Shown: positions 55,533 to 64,000 of the stretch, piece after piece | How positions within the stretch are numbered: position 1 is the first letter of the stretch | Layout: every line of letters starts with the position of its first letter | Source of the DNA: the human T2T-CHM13v2.0 reference genome, Homo sapiens | DNA length: 64,000 nt | Reading direction: 5' to 3' (one strand) | Assembly (NCBI RefSeq): GCF_009914755.1 | Contig: NC_060928.1 | Translations under genes and position numbers: made by a program | Notes under the pieces: generated by a model | The model's database searches: none | What the model was told of the DNA's origin: nothing | Seen by the model: only the letters and a program-made list of their open reading frames with translations

Positions 55533-56415
55533 GAGTCCCACTCAGAATGAAATTATGATATTCTAAATGATTATTCAAAACAAACACAACAGTGCATATA
55601 TTATATTTTTAATCTTCATTTAAGAATCTACTAGGTTTAGTTTTATAATCCAATTTTAAGGCTACTCTGTCAACAAGTGGCAGAGTAGATTGGATTGGAA
55701 CCCAGATAGTTTGACTCCAAGGCCTGCAATCTTAATTACTATTCTATACTGTGTTGTAAACATTGAAAAGACAAAAAAATACAAGGTTACATAAGAGAAG
55801 TGCCAAACTATGGTGAGGTGGTTGGCAAAGCTATAATAAAGGCTTTTGACCATGAAATTTGGTTAAATGAAGGTACAGAAGAGTACTCTAGATTGAAAAG
55901 ATAGGAAAACAGTATCATATTTGGCTCAATATCTCATACAATGAAGTACATTATAAATATATGAGAGTGTATACTCATATGTGAGGTATATACTAAAGAG
56001 CATATTAAATAACTTAGAAAAGCTGAATCACACTACCAATTTGTTTTAATAATATTTGTCCTTTAGTACTCACATATTTTACCTAATTATATAAAATGTA
56101 AAATTTAATTTGCAATCATTTCTGATGGGAGAAATTATACATTTTGAACCTTATTTCATGTGTGAAAACCATTATGAAATACATTTTAACTTGATTAATA
56201 TACAGTTCTTTGTAACTTCTGAAATATGTGATTTGTGAATATATGTGATTATGGAGCACACTTTGAAGGGGAAAAATCAAATAAACATGTTTTAATATTT
56301 CCTGAATCTGGTTTAAATTTTGTATATGAGTTCAATATTCTAGATTAGCATGATTATTCCTAAAAGACTCACAACCAAAGTACGTATGGAAGAAATGTAG
56401 TCAAATTAAACTTAC

Positions 56416-56508
56416 CTTTAAATTCCTGAGAGCTTTTAATAAATATTCTCAGATGAAGAATCAAAGAGAAAAATTCATTAAAATGATAGTGCCCTTGAGT
56501 GGTATATA
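56416..56508 (-). promoter_or_regulatory. Candidate TATA box and non-coding first exon of SULT1D1P
   Basis: Minus-strand TATATA at 56508-56503 and a perfect AAG|GTAAGT donor at 56416/56415 in non-repeat DNA. Related SULT1 genes have a non-coding first exon. Confidence 0.35.
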
Positions 56509-57159
56509 ACTTAATATGTGAAAGAAATTGAGTTGTTGAAAGCTCAGGAAATGTTGAAAGAAGATGATTGTTTCCCTTAGGCCTCTTCTTTGTTTACTTC
56601 TCTGAACGTGTCCCTTGAAATATAATGTCCTCTGGAGTATAATTATAAGACCTTGGGAACAATGCAACATTCCACATGTTGATAATAGTCAGGGTTAGTC
56701 TATGTTAACCTGAACAAAACTATTGACACGCATATTCATTAATGAGTTAAAATAAGCAAATATTGTACCAAAAGATATTATGTGCATTAACCATGAAAAG
56801 TGAATACTAAAGTGATAATAGTCAATTCATTATTCTCCTAAAAAGTGATATTTTTATATTCAACAGATCCTTGACATAGACAGGACAGATTTTATTAACT
56901 CCTTTTTAAATATGTAAAAACTAAAATATTTTAATAGTTGGAATGCTGTTAATTTCTGGGGCTCTTCTAGGCATAAGATTGAGAGCCTGAAAAGAGGCAT
57001 TTGGGTCCAGTTCTTCCACAAACCAGCAGTACGACCCTGAGCTACATATCTCATATTGCTGAGCCATATTTTACTTGTCTAAAATAATATGAGAAATGTA
57101 TAAAATGATCACTTCAGTTTGTTTTCTTTCTTTCTTTCTTTTTTGCCTTTTAGTGAATC

Positions 57160-57857
57160 TTTTTAAAAATTATTATTATATTTTAAATTCTGGGGTACAT
57201 GGGCAAAACATACAGGTTTGTTACATAGGTATACGTGTGCCATAGTGGTTTGCTGCACCCATCAACCCATCATCTACATTAGGTATTCCTAATGCTATCC
57301 CTCCCCCACCACTCCCCAACCCCCGACCGGCCCCAATGTGTGATGTTTCCTCCTTGTGTCCATGTGTTCTCATTGTTCAACTCCCACTTATGAGTGAGAA
57401 CATGTGGTGTTTGATTTTCTGTTCTTGTGTTAGTTTGCTGAGAATGATGATTTCCAGCTTCATCCACGTCCCTGCAAAGGACATGAACTCACCCTTTTTT
57501 ATGTCTGCATAGTATTCCATGATGTATATGTGCCACATTTTCTTTATCCAATCTATCATTGATGGGCATTTGGGTTGGTTCCAAGTCTTTGCTGTTGTGA
57601 GAAGTGCCACAATAAACATACATGTGCATGTGCCTTTATAGTAGAATGGTTTATAATCCTCTGGGTATATACTTAGTAATGGGATTGCTGGGTTAAATGG
57701 TATTTCTAGTTCTAGATCCTTGAGGAATCACCCACACTGTCTTCCACAGTGGTTGAACTAATTTACGCTCCCACCAATAGCGTGAAAGTGTTCCTATTTC
57801 TCCACATCCTCTCCAGCATCTGTTGCTTCCTGACTTTTTAATGATCACCATTCTAAC
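57160..57857 (-). mobile_element. L1PA (about L1PA7-8) 3' fragment
   Basis: 3' UTR plus ORF2 C-terminus (ORF 57377..57619 KTWNQPKCPSMIDWIKKMW...ISGS). Confidence 0.93.
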
Positions 57858-59156
57858 ATTATACAAATCTAAGTAAAATGAATGTTCTTTGATTACTAAA
57901 TTATATACTTCAATAAATCACAACAGCAGAAACAAGAAACAAATGAAGAGTTGAACAAAACACCCATTTATTGCTAGAAAATTCCAACAGAATATCATCA
58001 GTTAAAACACTGTTTTTTAATAAATCCCAATGTTTATAGAATTTATAAAAACTTAAAATTAATGCAAAACTATCCTACGTTTTTCACACAATGTTCAGCA
58101 GTTTATCACTGTAATAAATAACCCAATTTCATATCTTATGATTACAGTTTGTTTAATAGTCTGTTGATACCTAAGAATAAGGCTGTATTATTTTTCCATA
58201 CACTATACCTTATAAAAAATCTTAGTTCATGTTATCAAATTTGATTGGCATAAAACATGGAGCAACATTAAGACACAGATATGAAAGGGCTGGATTTGAA
58301 GTTAGAACTATTCTTCCCTTATGCAGCCAAATTATCTGTCATTTGAATATCCTTTGCTTTTCTTCACTTTTCTCCTGTCAGTTAATACAGAAGACAGTTT
58401 CTCTATCAATGAAGATCCATGGCCATCATATCTAGATCATTCCATCCTGACAGATACTTTCATTCGTGTGTCTCTAAACTCCAATCCTTAGCAGGATGCT
58501 CTCCTTCCTAGCATGGGAACCTCAGGCTACCCAGCTGTCCCTGGCTACTTTTACGTGTGCATTAAACAATGTAACCATGGTTATATTAAAGCTATGATAG
58601 TAAATATGTTTTAATTCTAATCTCTTAGTTTCCATTTCCTATTTTCTGTCATATCAAAGAAATGTAATTTAAAGCTTTCGGGTAAATGGGAAAGAAATAT
58701 TAAAAGCTCATAACCATTACATTGAGGTTTGATAATTAAATCAACAGATATTATAACTGACATATCAGAACTATATAGTTGTAATAGTTAGGTTGTTGTT
58801 AATTATGTATAGTTGCTCACTTGTGAACTATCCAGATTGAATAACTTGGAAAAGCAAGAATGGTCCTTCTATGCTCTGGATCAATATTAATCTAGCTATA
58901 GCAATGGAAAAGAACAAACATTTATACATTACTTTTTATTAAACTAATATCAATTAGGTTTTATGTAATTATTGTGATATAATTAATTCCCTCAACAATT
59001 CTGTTGTTGGTAGACAATGAAACAGATCAGGGTAACTTATTCATTTAATCCAACACCAACTTTTAAGGTAGGTACTATTATTACCATTTCACAGGTAAAG
59101 ATACTGAGGCTCTAAGTTAAACCATTTGCTTAGTTTGCAGGAATAATAAATAAAGG

Positions 59157-59440
59157 AGACATTGGTGGCTCACACATGTAATCTCGGCACTTTTGGAGGC
59201 CAAGGCAGGAGGATGACTCGAGGCCAGGAGTTCTAGACCAGCCTGGGCAGCATAGCAAGACCCCATCTCTACACAAAATACTAAAAATTAGCCAAACGTG
59301 ATGGCATGCACCTGCAGTCCCAGCTACTCGGGAGACTGAGAGGCTTAGGTGGGAAGATCATTTGAGCGTAGAAGTTTCAGGTTACAGTGAACTGTGACCA
59401 TGCCAACCTGGACCCTGTCTGTAGAAAAAGAACAGAAAAG
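59157..59440 (+). mobile_element. AluJ inserted in a MIR
   Basis: Diverged dimer with a deletion near its 3' end, flanked by aaaggag repeats and MIR sequence. Confidence 0.85.
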
Positions 59441-59866
59441 GAGTCAAGAATTACTCTAGGTTCTGTACTGCAAGATTTTTACTACTTTGTTATGGTGTTT
59501 ACTGTCTACAATCACTTTTATTCATCCCCATCTTGTTTTATGGTCACTTAATTACATGGTTTGTCTTCTTTCTAGACCCTAAGTTATTTGAATGTGGAAT
59601 CCATTTCTGATTTAGCTTTCCCCCTCGACCGTTGTATTTGTCATAAAGAACTGCTGTACATGGGAGATGTTTAGAAGAATATGTATTGCACAAATAAAGA
59701 AAAAAGTGAAAAAAAATGGTCCTGCAAAATTAATGTAGAGCAGAGGATAATGTTTATTTTACTTTTTACAACAAAATGGCCCTGAAAGGCCGTGCTGAGT
59801 ATATCCATAATTCCCTGTGGAATTATGATGTGGTATGAGGAAATACAGCAGTTGCTTTGGTGCTAT

Positions 59867-60130
59867 TGCTGCAGAAAAATCAGGAGGGCAAGAGAGACCT
59901 CAGGGTAAAGCAGGAGAATCTTTATTGAGTGCACTCAGACCCAGCAGACTCAACGTCCAAAGACTGGGCCCCAAACAAAGACAAGGTTTTGTTTATATAC
60001 CTACTCCTAAGTGGTGTGAAAACTAATGTACAGAAGCAAGACAAAGGCACTTAATCAGGCTATGACAGGCTGATAACTCAGGTTTAGTATAGCCCTCACC
60101 ATGCAGCCCAGATGGTCGTTATCTGGGCCA
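59867..60130 (-). mobile_element. Partial ERV1 3' LTR (HERV3/HERV1-related; subfamily uncertain)
   Basis: Minus-strand TATA near 59995, AATAAA near 59921-59926 and terminal CA. Abuts pol directly. Confidence 0.6.
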
Positions 60131-61391
60131 CTATTTCAGGTACAACTAGCCTCCCATTGCAGAATTTTCACCATTCTCCTTCAACGTAGCTTCCATTTTC
60201 CTGAGCAAACTAAGCTCTTTCATTTGGAGTGTAGCTTAGGGTCTCCGAGAGGGGGATCTCTGGGAGGAGAGGCATAGTTAAGGCTTCCTCTTTAGAAGGT
60301 GGAGTCATCATTGCAGCCCACTTTGCCTTTGTGTCTGCCTTTCTATTTCCTTTAGCCTCTAATGTTCCTGCCCTCTGGTGCCACCTACAGTGCATCACTG
60401 CCACCTGCTTTGTGGCCCATACGGTGTCTAAGAGCTGTAGAATTTCTTCCTGTACTTTGTTTATTTTCCTCCAGCAGTTAAAAGTCCTCTTTCTTTGTAA
60501 ATAGCCCCATGAACATGCCAAGTGGAAAAGCATATTTAGAGTCTGTGTAAATATTTGCCTTTTGGTCTTTTGCTAGCTGGAGAGCCCTTCTCAGAGCTAT
60601 TAGCTCTGCTATCTGAGCAGAAGTTCCTGTAGGCAAAGACTGTGCCTCTACTACTGAGTCCAAAGTCACTACTGCATACTCCGCTCAGTGGACCCCCCCT
60701 AGAATGAAGCCGCTCCTATCAATAAAATATTCAATGTCCGGGTCCCTGAGGGTCTGATCTGTCAAATCTCTCTGGCTTGAGAACATTTCATCTACCACAT
60801 CCACACGGCAATGAAGGGCACTTCCTGGCACTGACTCATTGGGGAGCAAGGTAGCTGGGTTTAGAGTATTCACAATCTCTAAAGTTATTCAGGGATTTTC
60901 ATATAAGAGCCCTTGGTATTGAGTCATTCTCGGATTTGATAACCAATGGTACCCCCTTTGGTCCATCAAAGTTACACCTGAGTGCGGTACCTGGATTGTC
61001 AGTTGCTGTCCTAAAGTCAGTTCATTAGCTTCCTGTGCCAGCAGAGCAGTGGCAGATAGTGCCTTAAAACAAGGAGGCCATCCAAGTGCCACAGAATCTA
61101 ACTTCCTGGATAAGTATGCCACCAGGCAGTGCCATGACCCTATGACTTGGGTTAGGATCCCTATGGCCATTCCTTTTCACTCATGGACATAGAAAAAGAA
61201 AGGCTTAGTTAGATCTGGCAGCCCTAAAGCTGGAGCCTGAGTCAAGGGTCCTTTGATTTCTTTAAAGGCCTTCTCCTGGTCAGTCTCCCAGAGGAGGAGC
61301 TCCTTTTTTCTCACTTTGTGGCTTCACATAATGGTTTAGCCATGAGCAAGAAATTTGGGATCCAGACGCAGCAGAACCCTGCTGCCCCTAG
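60131..61391 (-). mobile_element. pol: Gammaretrovirus-like (ERV1) pol remnant: RT thumb/connection and RNase H
   Basis: Fragments [38 protein letters not shown]...[17 protein letters not shown]...GNRKAD, broken by stops and frameshifts. Confidence 0.92.
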
Positions 61392-62228
61392 TGAGAGGTG
61401 AAGCCAGCCGGGGTTCTTGGTCGGGTGGGGACTTGGAGAATTTTTGTGTCTAGCTAAAGGATGGTAAATGCACCAATCAGCACTCTGTGTCTAGCTAAAG
61501 GATTGTAAATGCACCAATCAGCACTCTGTAAAGCACACTAATCAGCACTCTGTAAAATGGACTAATCAGCACTCTGTAAAATGGACCAATCAGCACTCTG
61601 TAAAATCACCAATCAGTGCTCGGTAAAATGAACCAATGAACAGGACGTGGGCAGGGCCAAATAAGGGAATAAAAGCTGGCCACCAGAGCCAGCAGTGGCA
61701 ACCCGCTGAGGTCCCTTTCCACCCTGTGGAATCTTTGTTCTTTACCTCTTCACAATAAATCTTGCTGCTGCTCACTCTTTGGGTTGCTCTTTCGGGTCAC
61801 TACTTTTAAGAGCTGTAATATTCACTGTGAAGGTCTGCAGCTTCACTCCTGAAGTCAGTGAGACCGCTAACCCACCAGGAGGAACAAACAACTCCAGATG
61901 TGCCACCTTTAAGAGCTGTAACACTCACTGCGAAGGTCTGTGGCTTCACTCCTGAAGCCAGCGAGACCATGAACCCACCAGGAGGAACAAACAACTCCAG
62001 ATGTGCCACTTTAGGAGCTGTAACACTCACTGCGCAGGTCTCTGGCTTCACTCCTGAAGCCAGCAAGACCACAAACCCACCAAAAAAGAAATTCTGGGCA
62101 CATCTGAACATCTGAAGGAACAAACACACAATCTTTAAGAACTGTAACACTCACCGCGAGGGTCTGTGGCTTCATTCTTGAAGTCAGTGAGACCAAGAAC
62201 CCACTGAAAGGAACCAATTCTGGACACA
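61392..62228 (+). mobile_element. LTR12 (HERV9) 5' LTR
   Basis: tgagaggtgaagccagc start, tandem accaatcagcactctgtaaaa (CCAAT) repeats at 61470-61640, about 87-bp gctgtaacactcactgcgaagg repeats, ggacaca end. Confidence 0.93.
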
Positions 62229-62231
62229 TTT

Positions 62232-62249
62232 TGGCAACCGTGAAGGGAC
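62232..62249 (+). promoter_or_regulatory. HERV9 primer-binding site (tRNA-Arg type, degenerate)
   Basis: tggcaaccgtgaagggac immediately after the LTR. Confidence 0.7.
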
Positions 62250-63393
62250 AATCACCAAGTGGTGAGTAGCATCAGACCCCTTTCACTTGCTATTCTGTCC
62301 TATTTTTCCTTAGAATTCGGGGGCTAAATACCAGGCACCTGTTGGCCAGTTAAAAGCAACTAGCATGCCTGCTGGACTAAAGACACGGGTGTCAGGCTTT
62401 CTGGGAAAGTGTTCTCTAACAATCCCCGACTCTCGGAGTTGGGAGCATTGGTTTCCCTGGAACCAGTTTCTGCTTTTCCTGTACTTCTGGGCTGAGCCGA
62501 GTGTCAATAGAGAGGAAAGCCATTCAGCTCCGGGGTCCCGACAACAAGTCGGTTGACCCTGCAGCCATAAGCGAAACTCTGAAAGTCATGTCGCCTAAGT
62601 GAGACTCGCCCATCTATCCTATCTATCCTGACCCTTGCCTCCTGGGTCCTAATGCCTGTCAGACAAACTTCCTCTTGCCTCTCTTCTCCGAGGCTAGTCC
62701 CACTTCTAAAAACCACTCCCTGTTTCTGGTGCTTTTCTAGTTCCTCCTATAAGAATGATTTCTAGTGTAAACTCGAGGACTCTATTCCCTTCTTTAGGCA
62801 CCCAGGCTCACTAATTGGAAAGACATAATTTTTGCCCAAAGCCCCATTGTAGGGGGTATTATCTGGAATTTTAGGGTCCCTCCTCAGACAAGCAGGCCTA
62901 ACAAAAGCTATTCCTGAAGCTAGGATATGGGGAGCCTCAGAAACTGTATTCTTCCTATTCATATAAGTGAGGAAAAAAGGCGTCACTCTTCCAACCCTGG
63001 AGATTCCTTCCTTCCCTCAGGGTATGGCCCTCCACTTCATTCTGGGGACATAACATCTTTATAGGATGGGGTAAAGTTCCAATACTAACAGGAGAATGCT
63101 TAGGACTCTAACAGGTTTTCGAGAATGTGTCGGTAAGGGCCACTAAATCTGATTTTTCTCAGTCCTTTTTGTGGTCTAGGAGGACAGGCATGGGTGCAGG
63201 TTTTTGAGAATGTGTTGGTAAGGACTGCTAAATCCAACATTCCTCGGTCCTCCTTGTGGTCTAGGAGGAAAACTAGTGTTTCTGCTGCTGTGTCAGTGAG
63301 TGCAACTATTCCGATCAGCAGGGTCCAGGGACTGTTGCGGGTTCTTGGGCAGGGGAGAAACAAAGCAAAACCACAGGTGGTTTTTTCTTTCAG

Positions 63394-64000
63394 ATGAGAA
63401 ACACTCAAGCACCAACAGGCTCACCCTTGAAATGCATCCTAACTCATTGGGACCAATTTGGCCCACAAACCCTGAAAAAGAGGTGGCTTATTTTTTTCTG
63501 CACTATGGCTTGGCCCCAATATTCTCTCTCTGATGGGGAAAAATGGCCACCTGAGGGAAGTATAAATTATAATACTATCTTGCAGCTTGACCTTTTCTGT
63601 AAGAGGGAAGGCAAATGGAGCAAAATACCTTATGTCCAAGCTTTCTTTTCATTGAAGGAGAATACACAACTATGCAAATCTTGCAATTTACATCCCACAG
63701 GAGGACCTCTCAGCTTACCCCCATATCCTAGCCTCCATATAGCTCCCCTTCCTATTAATGATAAGCCTCCTCTAATCTCCCCTTCCCAGAAGGAAACAAG
63801 CAAAGAAATCTCCAAGGAACCACAAAAATCCCCCAGCTATCGGTTATGTCGCCTTCAAGCTGTAGGGGGAGGGGAATTTGGCTCAACCCAGGTACATGTC
63901 CCCTTCTCCTATTCTGATTTAAAGCAGATCAAGGTAGACCTGGGGAAGCTTTCAGATGATCCTGATAGGTACATAGATGTCCTACAGGGTCTAGGGCAAA
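63394..64000 (+). CDS. gag: HERV9 gag N-terminal part, open for 202 codons to the window edge
   Basis: MRNTQAPTGSPLKCILTHWDQFGPQTLKKRWLIFFCTMAWPQY...WPPEGSINYNTILQLDLFCKREGKWSKIPYVQAFF...VHVPFSYSDLKQIKVDLGKLSDDPDRYIDVLQGLGQ. Absent from the ORF track because no stop falls in the window. Confidence 0.8.
   Translation, partial: MRNTQAPTGSPLKCILTHWDQFGPQTLKKRWLIFFCTMAWPQYSLSDGEKWPPEGSINYNTILQLDLFCKREGKWSKIPYVQAFFSLKENTQLCKSCNLHPTGGPLSLPPYPSLHIAPLPINDKPPLISPSQKETSKEISKEPQKSPSYRLCRLQAVGGGEFGSTQVHVPFSYSDLKQIKVDLGKLSDDPDRYIDVLQGLGQ

Larger units (their letters stand above)
62229..64000 (+). mobile_element. HERV9 internal region (leader and gag), continuing beyond the window
   Basis: PBS, gtgagt splice donor near 62262, leader, then gag. 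Confidence 0.9.

Noticed and set aside
61470-62200. Regular direct repeats resembling a CRISPR array
   Set aside because: These are the standard LTR12 U3 and U5 tandem repeats with no unique spacers, in eukaryotic DNA without cas genes.
63113-63270. Tandem duplication of about 75 bp upstream of gag
   Set aside because: As I recall this is a normal feature of HERV9 leaders, so not locus-specific.

Overview
Primate, very probably human, AT-rich and repeat-dense genomic DNA, not microbial. The main feature is an unprocessed cytosolic sulfotransferase pseudogene on the minus strand, recognised as SULT1D1P. From established knowledge this locus lies between SULT1B1 and SULT1E1 on human 4q13. All 7 coding exons can be read (50717 to 28691; 148/126/98/127/95/181/110 bp; 294 codons plus stop; no frameshifts). 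They carry two nonsense codons, three broken splice sites and damaged PAPS-binding residues. The rest is mobile DNA: a two-LTR MER41A element, an elongated LTR22/HML-5 solo LTR containing tRNA-Met primer-binding-site copies, MER52, a complete THE1B, PABL_A, MER57, MER21, MaLR/ERVL remnants, and an ERV1 pol remnant interrupted by a HERV9/LTR12 provirus whose gag stays open to the window edge, plus Alus, L1s, MIR/L2 and DNA transposons. I found no intact cellular gene, RNA gene or CRISPR array, and I cannot support a wholly new biological system. The most unusual signals are the PBS-accreting LTR22, several templated-insertion scars, the open HERV9 gag and the residual splicing potential of the pseudogene's 3' half. 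Repeat family names and orthologue comparisons come from remembered consensus sequences, not from a search.
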